Source: the human T2T-CHM13v2.0 reference genome, Homo sapiens. From it: a stretch of DNA of 64,000 nucleotides. The stretch lies in the NCBI RefSeq assembly GCF_009914755.1, contig NC_060940.1, one strand, 5' to 3'. Numbering within the stretch: the stretch's first letter is position 1; every line of letters starts with the position of its first letter. This document shows, in pieces, positions 1 through 14,420 of this stretch. The notes beneath the pieces are model-generated. The model was not told the origin of the DNA, did not search any database, and worked only from the letters and a program-made list of their open reading frames with translations. Position numbers and translations under genes: made by a program.

Positions 1-505
1 TCTACTCCAGTGCCAGGAATATTAATTTGACACCTGCAAATTCTTTTTGACAAAAGGAATTTTCAGATAACGTCTGCAAGGAGCAGGTGGTGCTGAGGAA
101 ACAGCCACTTATCTTGAATAATGGGAAGGCAGAGACAACTGAGGATGCCAGAGGGTGGAGACTAACGAGGTGTCACTCGGTGGAACTGAGGAACAATGGC
201 AGACGAGACACCCCAGCGAGGCCACGCACCCGTGGGACTGACAGAGATGGTGGTGGCAGCAGAGCTGGGTCTCTGAGGCTCTGCTGCACCAGCTCTTGCA
301 TCACCAACACCTGAGCACACTGTCCCCTGCGAGCAGTGGCTCTCAGCGAGAGGGAGGAGCATGTGGGTTTATCACAACCATCCTGGGAGAGCAAGACATT
401 TGCAACACAGATGACAAAGTGAATGTCCCAAATATACAAAGAGCTGCTACAGATCAATAAGAAAAGTGGACGAAGGATCTGGGGGCTGAAGGGGGAGCTT
501 TTTCA

Positions 506-848
<343 letters not shown>

Positions 849-2133
849 ACATACACCTCTCCATACTCTCCACGCTCAAGAACTTCTGGAACAAGACCAC
901 AAAACCTTCCCCTGGTGAAATCATGAGGAAATGAGGAGGAAGATACAACCACACACAAGCTCGCCTCCTGCTGCTGACATGGGCTGGGAGCATGCTGGGT
1001 GAGACTCAGGCCTGGTGAGGAAGCGATTAAGGGCCCAGGCTTTAGTGCCAAACAGATCTGGCTCTGGGTTTGGGCTCTACCACCTCCTAGCTGTGTGCAG
1101 GTCATGTGACCTCCTCAGGCCATAGTTTTTAGAAATGCAAAATGGAAGTAAGACGACTCCCCGCAGAGAACCGTCGTGAGGGTTCTACAGACACAAGTGA
1201 AGGGTCTAGCGCGATTCCTCCCATGGTAATGACTTCCTACAGTTAAGAATCTTCCACGACAACCTGTGCCGCGGGGCTGCCTAGCTGGAAGTGAGAGCCT
1301 TTGCAGCGAGCACTGAGGTTAACTTCCATGAGTGAGGACTTTGGTAGGAGAGGACCTGCCTGTCTGGCTGTGTTCCTGCTTAACCTAACAAGCTTTCATA
1401 GTCTTGAATCCCAGGGAGCTCCAATTCGAGATCAGGGCTGTTTGGAAATACTTGAAAAATCCTGAGAGGGCACTTTCTAGATATCCTAGAAAGGAAGTTT
1501 CAGGAGAAGATGGGCTTTGTCTTGTTCATGGTTGTTTTCCCATTGCCAAGTACACAGCACACCCTCAGGCTCACCAAAGATTAAGCAGGGGACACTTAGG
1601 AATGTGATTCTGGAAAGCAACCGGATGGGGTAAGATCAGGACTCATCACTAATGATGAAGGTCCCCAAATCCCTCCTCTAGACAGAAGGGGAAGCAGAGG
1701 CTCTTCACTGCTGTTATGGTACCCCTCAACTGTCCCCCAGAGCAGTTTCCACACCCTCCCCAGTGCAGGCCCACAAGACGTGCCCCAAAACCCTGACAAC
1801 ATTTGGCACTTCAGCAAATCGAGTTTCCACAGCCACAGCCTGAACAGCGCTGTTTAATGGACTGCATCTCCGCCTGCTCCCTTTCAATGCGCACACACAA
1901 AAACCAATTTCAAGCACAGAAAGCTGGATGGGATTAAACAACTCAGTTTAAAGGACTGAAAACTCAGCTGCTTCCAGTGAAGTCCTAGGGAAGGAACCAA
2001 TCAGCAAAGTTCTGCTCTTCTTTTTTGTATTGAAATGAGGGCTGTGACTGTGCAGTGAGTCACTCCCAACTCGCAGGCAGAACGGGGCCAAGTCCACCTG
2101 GGCCTCGCGCTGCAGGGGGTGGTGCACGAAGAG

Positions 2134-2136
<3 letters not shown>

Positions 2137-2191
<55 letters not shown>
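2137..2191 (+). repeat. (GT)27 microsatellite followed by a G-rich tract
   Basis: Directly visible. Confidence 0.97.
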
Positions 2192-2192
<1 letters not shown>

Positions 2193-3144
2193 ATGGGGGG
2201 GCGGGGGGTAGGCAGGAGAGGCCAAGGGCATACTCACAGACCATCTGTTTTGGATTTTTCTGGTAATACAGAAAACCTCAGAGGACCTAGAGGTTGATAC
2301 CTGCCTGTCCATTTCTCTCTTCAGCCCAGGTTCGGGAAAGCAAATTCAGGCTGCAGGACAGCTGCCCGGGCCCCCCACAAGCCTGGCACCAGCCCAGGGA
2401 AGACTGAGGAGCCTCACTCCATGGGGACTGGTGAGCAATAGCCCTCTCCCATCCCCCCCACCCAGCCTCATCCACTCTCTGCAGTGTGGGCAGGTCTGTT
2501 GATTCACGAGCTGGCTGCCTCATGGAGATACAGCTCTGCCTACAGCTCACAGTGCCTTGGCGCTCAGAAGAGGAAAGTGGGCTGAGGCTCAGCTTGGACC
2601 GTCAGCATCTGAGATGCAGCCTGAAGAGCTGGTATGGATGGAGGGATGGGATGCTGCCGTGCAATGGGCACGCGCAGCTGCAAACCCTGCCGCTTGGCTG
2701 GGAGGCAGGGGAACCCGGTAAAGGAACACCACGCAATGGGCATGGCTGAGAATGGAGTGTGGAAAGGTGTGTGTGGCTGGGGCAGACTCCTGCCCAGATG
2801 ACAGGAAGAGCCAGGGGCCCCCTCCACCTCCCAGGCCAGCCTCTGTACTCCAGCTCTCTCAGAGGGCTCACTCCTGCTGCCTGGGATCTGGGTCAGCCTC
2901 TCCCTCTGCACCAGCAGCTCTTGGTGGCCCCAAAAAGGCAAAGCTTAAGGGTCCAATTTCAAACTAGAGGTCATAATGGAGTCCAGCTGAAATGAGTAAC
3001 ACAACCAACGCTAACTGAGCGTGCAGCAGGGGCCCGGCCCAGTGCTTAGCATTTTACATGGATCATTTCCCTCTCACATCCCCCTATGGTTACTGCCCTC
3101 ATTGAACAGAGGAAAACTGAGATGCTGAGATGCAGAGATACTAA

Positions 3145-3592
<448 letters not shown>

Positions 3593-3711
3593 TAAACACA
3601 GCTTTACCTCTAGGAAGGATGCACTGTACCAAAATAAGCATATCTCAGTCACTAACAAGGGGAGGCAGGGCAGCCGATGTTCCATAAGTACGGGTGGCGT
3701 TGGTGACCTAC

Positions 3712-3777
3712 CTCATCCGATTCATCCGATAACGTCTGCAGTAGGATGGGAAAGAGGCTGTCCGTGTGCCGGAACAT
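3712..3777 (-). CDS. VAC14: VAC14 exon 12 ([22 protein letters not shown]); the gene continues beyond the left edge
   Basis: ctccag|ATG ... GAG|GTAGGT; 66 nt (cumulative 1371). Confidence 0.95.
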
Positions 3778-4052
3778 CTGGAGAGCAGAGAAGCAGGGGT
3801 GCCTGTGAGTGCTCCCTTCGCCCCGGGACTACGTGCAGTGCAGTGTCCCGCTGGTGTGCACGGACCCACTGGTCTGCACGGACCACTTCCCTCCCCGACA
3901 CAATGAGGGCTCCTCGCAGCACCTGTCACTTCTCTGCCGGCCAGGGTTTCCCTAGAAGGGCAATGACCAAAATGCTACCAACTATGGGCAGGCCCTGGAA
4001 AACCAAGGCGGACCCAGAAGAGGCCCCTGGCTTGGAGGGGCCCAGGGCTCAC

Positions 4053-4197
4053 CTTCCGAGGAGTTTTGATGTAGAGGTGGTAGAGCCACTTGAGAACTGC
4101 AATCCTGGTCATCATCCCAATGGCCGTGTCACTGAGGTGGCAGTTTAGGACCTGCACGATCCCGTCGAGGTGAAGGGTCACTGGGGCTCTTTCAGTG
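4053..4197 (-). CDS. VAC14: VAC14 exon 11 ([48 protein letters not shown])
   Basis: cccacag|C ... AAG|GTGAGC; 145 nt (cumulative 1305). Confidence 0.96.
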
Positions 4198-5691
4198 CTG
4201 TGGGTAAGATCGGGAGGGAGAGCAGAGGTGAAGCCCACCATAGCCCTCTCCCATGGAGTCATGGCACCACCCTGGGCCTGCACATCCTGAGTCACACACT
4301 GCTAACCACCGTCTAGGGGGATCGGGGGTCAGGGATAACCTGATCCCACACATCCTTGCTGGTCTCCCACCATCCCAGCTCAGCCCAGCCCAGGGGTTTG
4401 AAGGGGGCTTCTCTCTCTCCCTTTCCAAAGAAGTTTGGAGCTTGCTGCTGGGCTGGAACCATGATAACCATGTTTTGGGGGATGAGGACCAGTCTGCTGG
4501 GCTCCCACTCACTTTTCCTTTTCTTTCTCCAGCACCAGCCTGGCTTGCACAGGAGGAGAAACCCTCTCCCAGTCACTGAGCTGACCTGACCAGGCTCAAG
4601 GCATTAAGTTCAGACCCTTTCTTGGAAAAACAAAACCACCAGGTCTGGACTGTATGAGGGAAGGTCCCGATAACAACTGTTGACCTCCGCCAGGCCCTTC
4701 ACCGGCCATCTGAAGGATGTTTCTCAAGTGAGGTCAGGGATCGAGGCTTGTCATTGTGCCTTGCCACTGCACCAGGGCACTCAGCACATTTGGCCTAGGA
4801 GAGACACCCTTGAGAGTTAAGACCAAAATGCGCTCCTTTGAGTTGGGGAAGGGGTAAACACAGCCTCTGCCTATGAGAAACGGATATTGTTCAGGAGGTA
4901 CTTTTGTTCTGGTGGGCACAGGAAGCCCCCTGGCTTCTGTGGACTGAAGTCCTGCGGGTCCCCAAAGTTCTGCTAAGCAGCCTGCGGGACAGCGGGTGCT
5001 GCTGGGAGGCTTGAGTTGGTTTTTTGCCCAAAGCACTGCTCCCTGGCACAGGCTGGGTTTTCAAGGTGGGGGCAGCATGGGTAGAAAAACCTCGGGATAT
5101 TGGGGAGGGGCTCCCTTCCTACCGAGGCACTACACTGTACTTCCCAAATGGTGCCGACAGGTGCAGGCCAGGGGTTGCATTTTCTAAGGACCTGGGCCAG
5201 CAGATCAGTCCCCTGCCGGTATAAAACCGTCTCTTCGTGGCATTTCTAGGCTGCTCAATTATTCATTTGCATCAGGAACTGATGGCTGTGCTTTCCTCAC
5301 TCGCCTGCAGCCTCTCTGAAGCTCATTTGATGTGAATCCCTAAAGGGCATGATTCTGCGCTCTGTAATTGCTGAGAGGAATTGCTATTTAATATGGTTTG
5401 ATGATCCCCATGGTGCACATTTCAGGGGCAAGAGTGGGCACATCTATCCTCTGGTGGCCAGGAGCTCCGGGCATGTGATACAGCCACAGAGCCTGGAACT
5501 GAGTCTCTGGGCGGGTGGCCACTGTGATATCCCTAGTGGTCACGTGGCTGGAAGTTCCTGGTGTCTTCTGAGGATATCGAAACACTTAAATCTTTGCTAG
5601 CCTGAGACAGACGGGGACAGTACTGTGCAGGTAGAGGAGTCTAGGGCGGTAAACACTGGCCCCGTCAATCTCTTAATCAGTTTCTCTCAAG

Positions 5692-6010
5692 TCCACTGTC
5701 CCGCAGAAATACAACGCAAGTCACAGATATAATTTTACATCTTCCAGTTTTCAATTAAAAAGGAGAAACAGGTGAAATGAATTTCAATGCTGTTTTAATT
5801 GACCCAATGTATCTAAAATATTAGCATCTCAACATGTAATCAATATAACAGTGAATGTAAACATTCCCAACAAAATCTATTCTCTTTTGTGTCCTAAGCC
5901 TTTGGGACCTGGTGTGCATTTCACCGTTACGGTGCACCTCGGTTCAGAGTAGCCAACAGGCACTCAGTAGCCACGTGGCTGCCGCGGAGGCCCACACAAC
6001 AGTCCACGCC
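5692..6010. mobile_element. hAT-Charlie DNA transposon fossil (MER33-like)
   Basis: Resembles the MER33 consensus (aaacaggtgaaat...aacatgtaatcaatata...agtagccacgtggct). Confidence 0.7.
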
Positions 6011-7021
6011 AGGACTTTCTGAGTGTTTCCTTGTCATCTCTGGCAGTTTCCTAGCCACTCCCTTAGCTGACGGCCAGCATTTACTGTTTTATCTCCCATT
6101 CCCTCTTTTTCCCGTCCTGCAGAGCTCCTTCCCTTGCGTTCTGTTCCACACACTTTTTGGGCTGGAAGAATCCCCTGGCTAGAGAAGCTCATGTCCTGGT
6201 GGTGGAAGAGATGCCGCCCTACAGCCCAAGGCCTTATGCAAAGCAGGTGAACAGAAGCCACCCCCACCCCAACCTGGTCTTTCCTGACCCTGTGAGCCCC
6301 AAAGTCTGTAGTGAGCCCCTTTCCAGCAGAAGCCACAGGGACATGTAGGCTGCCAGGGTCCAGGGTGTCACGAGGACCCCGTGCCTGGCAAATCACTGTG
6401 ACAAGCTTGGCTGAAACAGTACCCCCTGGGAGGAAGGCCTTGTTTTTCCTTGTTTCCCTGGGATCCTTGGAACTGCTCTGGAGCTGCTGGTGAGGAGGAG
6501 GGCGGTGCCGTGACCAGGTCCCCTACTCCACTGGCATGGGGCAGGATCAGTGGTGTGTCTGAGCCCCTGGGGGGAATAACAGCTCTGATAACAATGGCAG
6601 CCATGATGGCTGTGAAAAGTGAAAGCTCTCCTGGGCGCTTTCCTACACAGCCTCAAGTCACTCCTTAAAAAGCCCTATGGCCTAAAGCATGCCACTTCCA
6701 TTTCGGGGAAGAGGGAACTGAAGCACACAGATAGGAAGTCACCTGGCCAAGATTACACGGCCAGGGAATGGTGGGGCCGCACTTTGGATCTGATCAGTCT
6801 GACTCCAGAATAATCTCACCCGCCACACGGCACAGCCTCCTGACCAGGGCAGCAGGCTCAGAGAGAGTCCCTGGTGGCATCGCCTCCACTGTATCCTGGG
6901 AGGGGCAGCAGAACGGCAGCTCCAGTGTGGACCAGCCCCTCTGCACCCAGGGGATACCTGGCAGCTCCAGGTGTCCGTGGAAGGAGGTTAGCACACATTT
7001 TTCAGTGTAATTTTGTATGAG

Positions 7022-7351
7022 AAGGGTAGACAGTGGCTCACACCTGAAATCCCAGCACTTTGGGAGGCCGAGGCAGGCGGATGATTTGAGGCCATGAGTT
7101 TGAGACCAGCTTGGGCAACACAGCAAGACCCTGTCTCTGTGAAAAATTTAAAAAATTAGCTGGGTGTGGTGGTACATTCCTATGGTCCCAGCCACTCGGG
7201 AGGCTGAAGTGGGAGGATTATAAGATCCCAGCTGCTGCCAGCTCCCAGCTGTCAGCTCACCTATGGTGAGCTATGACTGTGTCACTGTACTCCAGCCTGG
7301 GTGACAGAGCAAGACCCTGTCCCAAAAGAAAAAAAAAAAAAAAAGAAAAAC
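7022..7351 (+). mobile_element. Alu (AluJ-like) with an internal templated insertion
   Basis: Alu dimer with A tail; segment 7220-7265 is non-Alu. Confidence 0.9.
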
Positions 7352-10300
7352 AAGGGGAGGCAGAGGACACGGGGGAAGCCTGGTGCTCCCCACCAGTGCA
7401 CTAAGAATCCAAAAGGGCCAAGATGTCAGGCTGGTTGGCCCCTCGGCAAGCTGAGCTCTGTGGCTCACAGTGGCCCTAAGATGCTGCTGGCCAGCCTGTG
7501 GGGCCTCTCCTGCAAGTGGTGCTGTGTCAGGGCCAAAGAACGGCAGCATATCACGGAGCTGGTATGTGAACTGGCAGCATTTCGTGTATTAACATTCTCC
7601 AACTTTCTCCACAGCAAACACCTGAACACAGCGAACCTGAAGGTATAGGGCATCTTCAGGCTGCTACTGAGGCGGTCCTGCCGCACTCAACCCAGAACCT
7701 CATCACTAAAAGGAACCTCATGGTTCAGGTAACACAATCCTTCAAGGTACGGATGAGCAAGCCCAGGTCCAGAGGCAGTACGGGACCCATCTGAGACCAT
7801 GAGGCCATGTACCAAGCAGTCATTCCCTGGGCTGGAGACACTCTCCCTGGGCTTTTCTTCCCTTGCCTGGCTGGAGGTGGAGGTCATGGGAAGCAGGTGG
7901 ACCCTAGAGGACCAGGCAGACTGATCTTAGTGCCTAGGAAAGGGAGGGTCAAGATCCCAGCTGCTGTCGGCTCCCAGCTGCTCTGCTGGGCAGGGTTGGC
8001 TGCTGCTGCTGAGCTCTGCACATGCTCAGCAGGGGAACTGGGGCTCTGGGACCCTGCACTCTTCCTAGAGGGCACACTGCATGATGTGCTCAGTTCCCCA
8101 GCTGCTGGGCCGGAGCCTGAGAGGTAGCACCCTGCTGTCGTGGCTTACCTTACCCATCAAGAACAGAGGGAGCTCACTCAGTTTAAAATACATTTCTGCA
8201 TCAGTTCCAAAAAGTCTAGACGAGTCACTCCTGGGGGCTTCTGAGTTATTTCAAGGTGTCTGCAAAATTCCATTTTCATGGAGCATTTTCTCATAAAGCA
8301 TCTTATAATGAATGTCTTACACATACGCGTACTACAGTTTCCAAATGCATGGCGCTGCTGTGACTATTAAAATATAGATTTACTGAATAATGCTTCTGAT
8401 ATTACCAATAAATAATAATAAGTTCCAGTTGTTCTCTCAGGGAGACAGCACTTCATTTCTGTAACGTCTAACTTTTTACAGTGTTCGGGTTACATCTCTA
8501 ATCAAATCAGAAGAAAGGTAAATCTAAAAATAGAATTGCTTCTGAAATTGAACTTGCTCTTTAAAATACAGATAATTATAAATTTTTTCAATCAGCAGAG
8601 GCTACAAGCTGGGAAATACTGATTTCTAGAACTTTCTGCCTGCTTATTTACAGGGCAGCTAGCTACACCAGGAGAGCTGGTGTCACTGAAGACATCATGA
8701 CCCTTGGCAACAGCCTGAGCCTCATAGTGGGGACTTCATACAACACCTGTTTGAGAACTCCTAAATCAAATGAGTTAGGGAGGCCAACTGCAAAAGTGGA
8801 ACTCTCCAACTGCAACTAATAAAGTTAAATGCACGGGCTCTGGAGTCAGACAGATCTAGCTTGAATTCCAGCTTGGCTACTAATTAGTTGAGTGACTCTG
8901 GGCAAGAAGTTAACCTCTCTGGGTCTGTTTCCTCATTTGTAAGATGGGGATAATAACAAGGTTCTTGTAATAACAATTGTAGCTAAAGTGTGTAAAGTGC
9001 TTTCTGCGGCCCAGGCACCATGCTATGTTCTTTACATACTTAAAAAGCTTTTAAAAATTATTATTATTATTATTGAGACAGGGTCTTGCTCTGTCACCCA
9101 GGCTGGAGTGCAGTGGTACAATCATGACTCACTGCACCCTCAAGCTCCGGGGCTCAACTGATCCTTCCAACTCAGCCTCCTAAGCAGTGGGAACTACAGG
9201 AATGTGCCACCACACCCAGCTCATTTTTGTATGTTTTGTAGAAACAGGTTTTCACCATGTTGCCCTGGACTGGTCTCTAACTCCTGGGCTCAAGCAACCA
9301 GCCTGCCTTGGCCTCCCAAAGTGCTGGGACTACAGGCGTGAGCCACTGTGCCTGGCTGTTCTTTACATACTTTAACTCACTGAAGCCCCATATCCCTTTG
9401 AGGTCAGTACTATCATTATACTGAGTTTAAAGATGAGGAAACTGAGGCGGGGGAAATCACGCTACTTGACCAAGGCCACAGCCAGGCATGCTGGAGTTAG
9501 GGCATGAATCCAGGCAGTTGGCTCCACCAGGCAGAGCAGTCACGAGAGAGAACACACCCAGTGGAGACATTTCTCTCTTAACCCTTTCCTCAGCTGGCAA
9601 GCATGCTTCCTCCAACCGGGTTCCTTCACGTTCCACCTCTCCCTGGGGAGTCCAATTTTCCACCTCCCATGTATTTCCCATGCTCTGGAGGGTGGAGGAA
9701 CCCAGACCTACAGCCACCTCACCACCTGCTGCTTTTCCAGGTGGCATTCTTCCATGGCTAAGCCTGGGGCCACCAGGGGCTTCCCGAGTATCGCAGGAAG
9801 AGGGGAGATGAGGGAGGGGGAAGACAGCTTCTGCTCTCAGGTTTAGTCAGTTAATTCTCCCTGTGTTTCGGTCCAAGTGAGAAATCTTTCATAAAAAATC
9901 TGGGATGCAAGGATTGCTTCCATGGTGATCCTTGAACCCCTGAAAGTGAATTCAGAATTTCATGTGGATGTGCATTTTTTTGGTGTGTGTGTGACAGAGT
10001 CTCGCTCTGTCACCCAGGCTAGAGTGCAGTGGCGCGATCTCGGCTCACTGAAACCTCCGCCTCCCAGGTTCAAGCAATTCTCCTGCTTCAGCCTCCCAAG
10101 TAGCTAGGAGTACAGGTAAGTGCCACCACGCCTGGCTATTTTTTTTTTTTTTTTAATTTTTATTTTTAGTAGAGATGGGGTTTCACCATGTTGGCCAGGC
10201 TGATCTCGAACTCCTGACCTCAGGTGATCCACCTGCCTTGGCCTCCCAAAATGCTGGGATTATAAGCGTGAGCCACCGTGCCCAGCTGTGGATGTGCATT

Positions 10301-13280
10301 TTTTTTGGAAGAGGGTCCATAGCTTTCATCAGGCTCTCCAAGGGTCAATGGCCACTCAGAGGCACAGGACTGCCACCACCATGGCAGTTTCCAGCCAGGT
10401 GGGAATGCCTTTCTGCCGTGGGAGGAGTCTCCAGTCTGGCCACCACCCTGGGCAGACCTGAACTGAGTGAAACTGGTGGCCTCACGTGGTGCCTTGGGCA
10501 AGCGGCGCAGCTGAAGAATCACAGGGTGGGTCTGGCTACCTGGCAACTCTGCACGATCCCACCCGTGTCCAAGCTCAGTCTCACTGTGTCAATACCCGCT
10601 GTGGGAAGAAGGTGGTGGGCTGGAGCCCGGGCATGTTGGCTCTGGTTTTACAACTCTGAAGGTGCCCAGCTCTTGAGCACAGCTGGTGACACTGACTGTG
10701 CAGCTGCCACGTGGGGATCTCTGTCACCAAAAGTCAGGAAGCACTAGATCATTTGTTCTTGTTTGGTTTTTTAGGTAGGATGGTTTGGATTTTAGGTAGG
10801 ATTTGGCATTGGCTCCTGAATGACAAGTATAAACCAAAACCCTCGTCCAGTCTAGCACTTCCTGGCCTTGGCACAAGAACTGAGGGCTCCTGTAGGCTCA
10901 TCCCAGCCGACAGTAGCACAGTCTCCCCAGCGAGGCAGCGGACAGCGGTGCCCCTCTGCAGCCCATGGCTTAAGCCTACCTCTGCCTTCTCCTAGACCTC
11001 CCCGACCTCCCCCTCAATCCCCATAGCCCAGATTACAGAGACAAGTCTACAACAGGCTTTTGGCTGCCAGAGGGAGGCTTTTAAATCCCAGATCAGATCC
11101 TGCCATTCCCACTTGTGACACTGTCTCCACAGCCTCCAGCGCAAAAGCTAAGCCCTCTGCAGGATACACAAGTCCTCGCATGTCTGTCCAGACCGTTCCC
11201 CGAGTTCCAGGACCCAGTACCTGAGTCTGCCTCCCCCTTTCTCCTGGGATGCTCAGAGCCACCTGGAACGAGCTCTTGACCACCCCACCCACACCTGCTC
11301 CTCCTTCCAGCCCTGGTGTGCAAATGACACTAGGATAGCGGGGGTCTGGCTCACACCAAATTTCTAGAAGGCAGTCTTTCCCTCACCTCTCTCCTGCCTA
11401 CCCCATCCCACCCATCAGTGAGTCCTGTGGTTCTCAACACAGAGCTCAAACCCACCCAACTTTCTCCACATGCTGCTCCTCCCCAGCCTGAGCCCCCATC
11501 CCCTCTGATGGGGACAACGGTGACAGCTCCCTAGCGGGTCTGCATCCACCGGGCCCCTCCTAGATCCACTGTCCACAGAGCAGCCCCGTTCTTCCTCCCT
11601 TCTCGTCCCTGCCATGAAAGTAATACTACTGACCCCACGAGACTCAGACAAAGCTGAAGGATCCGACGTAAAGGTTTAGCACTGCGCTGGGGCCCTGGAA
11701 GCCTGGCTATGTTGACTGGCATTAGCTGTTATTCCCAGCCAGTCTTCTCATTGCCTGGGCTCAGGCACCATGGCCCTCCCTTTCTGGTAACTTCACCCCT
11801 CACATCAATCACTCCTCTTTCCAGTAACTTCCTGGCTACTTCTCTGCCTCACCACTGGAGTAAATGAATGAAGGTCAGGGACACATTCAGGGGCCAGCTC
11901 TTATCTTGGAGCCTACAGGGGTGAGCACAGGCAGGTGCACTGGAACGCGTGGCAGCTATGTGAAAAGGAGAGAATGGCAACATTCGCTGATCTCCTCCAT
12001 CAACGTAGGGGACTCCTAGTGGTACATTTCATAAACGGCTGCACCTGCGTGCTTGGAAAACATGCTCAGGGTGCTGAGGGATGAGGATAAGTTCACAAAT
12101 GACATCGATGAGGGAAGAACCCTAGCTAGGGGTCTGGGGGGAAGAGCCTCTTGGGGTAGAGTGCACACTTTCTCTTCATGAGTGATTGGCTCTCCCAGGG
12201 CCCAGGTTCACTGTCAAGTTCAGGGGAAAGAAACCCCTGTATGAGACCCACCATCCACTCTAGCCCCAGAGATGCCAAGGTCACCCAAAGAAAAAGTGAC
12301 ATGGGGCAAGTCCAGGGGACTCAGACCAGGGCAGAACCGTTACAGTACCTTCCGCGGGGAGTCCCTTCACCTTGCAGGGAGTATGGAGGGAGCCCCAAGG
12401 AAGAGAATTATTTTGCTGCCTGGTCTGCACTGCCCCCATGTGGAAGACTGCGCCATTACAGCTGACCTGGGCGCACAGGAGACGACAGCTCCTGGGGCCG
12501 GTGATTTATCCTTAATCTTGGACATGATTAATGACTGCCCATGCTCAGGCTGTCCTTGAACAGACTTCCCCTTGTGGGTCTTGTTGGCCCCCCATCATCC
12601 TGGACAAACAGACAGCGATGAGTCAAGGCAACTGTGTCTCACTGCAGTCACCATGTATTAGCTGTACTTTTATTATTATAACTTGCGTTTACTGACCTCC
12701 AATAGCTTAATTTTTTTTTAATATTTAAAAATAAGTAAGAACAATCCATTTTCTTTCATTCCTTTTTTTTTTTTTTAAGACATGGTCTCACTCTGTTATC
12801 CAGGCTAGAGTGCAGTGGTGTGATCTCAGCTCACTTCAACCTCTGGCTCAAGTGATCCTCCCACCTCAGCCTCCCCAAGTAGCTGGGACTACAGGCACAC
12901 GCCACCAGGCCCAGATAATTTTTTGTATTTTCAGTAAAAACAGGGTCTCGCCATGTTGCCCAGACTGGTCTTAAACTCCTGAGCTCAAGCGATGTGCCTG
13001 CCTTGGCCTCCCCAAGTGCTGGGATTAGAGGCATAAGCCACCATGTCTGGCCCCCAGTGGCTTCTAATCCGCCCTATCTATCCATCAAGCCTGGGTGGGG
13101 TGGGCTTGCTCAGTGTCCTTCAGATTCCTTCATCAATTAACTCTTTTGTGTACGAGGGTGTCCCAAAAGCAGCAGCCGCGAGTAGAATTTGCCTTGGGTC
13201 ATTGCTGTAGTCTCCCGCATCCAGGAAAGATCTAGGCCGCTCGCTTTCCACAAACCTTCTGGCTGAAACAAGCCACTTAC

Positions 13281-13344
13281 CTGGCTGCAGTGAAGACACT
13301 GATGCCGCTACTGAAGCTGGAGTCACAGGAACCATCTGGACCTC
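13281..13344 (-). CDS. VAC14: VAC14 exon 10 (GPDGSCDSSFSSGISVFTAA)
   Basis: cctctcccag|GAG ... CAG|GTAAGT; 64 nt restores the frame between exons 9 and 11 (cumulative 1160). Confidence 0.93.
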
Positions 13345-13654
13345 CTGGGAGAGGAAGAGGAACAAGGGGTCATGAAAGGCTGTTGGCTCTCTTGAATAAA
13401 CAAGACCCCTGTGACAAGCACACACAGAACTCTCCAGAGCCCCATACCTTGATTCAGGCTCTTCAAAAGGACCATGGCTCTGGAGCCCTGAGGACCCAAC
13501 CAACGCCCAGTCATTCTCGATAGTCCCCAAGCTTGTAAGTCTGTAGTCACAGTGATCTCACAAGGAGGGGACACCAGTGCTAAACACATCTGTCAAATCT
13601 CAGAAGGGATCACTGGCCTGAGGGGAATGGATGTTTAAAATGACAGATAATACC

Positions 13655-14420
13655 CAGCATCCTTAGCTATCAGGAAAATGCAAATCCAAACCACAAGATA
13701 CTACTGTACACCCATCAGGATGGCTAAAATAAAAGACAAATAATAGCAAGTGTTGATGAGAATGTGGAGAAACTGGAACCCTCGTACATTGCTGGTGGGA
13801 ATGTAAAATGGTGCAAGCTGCTTTGGAGAACAGTCTGGCCATTCCTCCAAAGGCTAAACATAGTCACCACATGACTCAGCAGCTCCACTCCTAGGTATAT
13901 GCCAAAGAGAAATGAAAACTTATGGCCACATGAAACCTTGTATATCAATCATGTTCACATCAGCATTATCTACAATAGCCAAAAAGCAGAAGCAACCCAA
14001 ATATCTATCAACAGATGAATGGATAAATGAGGTGTGGTATAGCCATACAATGGACTATTATTTGGCAATAAAAAGGGATGAAGTACTGATGCACGCCATA
14101 AAAATGAACTTTAAAAACATTGTGTTAAGTGAAAGAAGCCAGTCATAAAAGACTACATATTGTATCCCTTTCTCGAAAGTGTTTAGAACAGGCAAACCTA
14201 TGGAGACGGAAAATGGACTGGAGGTTGCCTAGGACTGGAGGAGACGGGGGAATAGGGTATAATGGCTAATGGATTCTTTCAAGGGCACGGAAAATATTCT
14301 AAAATTGATTGTGGTGATGGTTACATAACCCTGTGAATCTACAAAGTCACTGAATTGTACACTTGATGTTGGGTGAATTGTGTGGTACATGAATTCTATC
14401 TCAATAAAGGGCTTAAAAAA
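13655..14420 (+). mobile_element. L1M (L1MB-like) 3' end
   Basis: atgcaaatccaaaccaca..., gatgaatggataaa..., ending tatctcaataaa plus an A-rich remnant. Confidence 0.85.

Noticed and set aside
1948-2312. HT/CV-repeat ORFs
   Set aside because: Translations of the (GT)n microsatellite
10175-10747. 190-aa ORF and the other Alu-containing ORFs (e.g. 3145-3495, 61837-62211)
   Set aside because: Begin in or consist of Alu-derived translation; no splice or homology support
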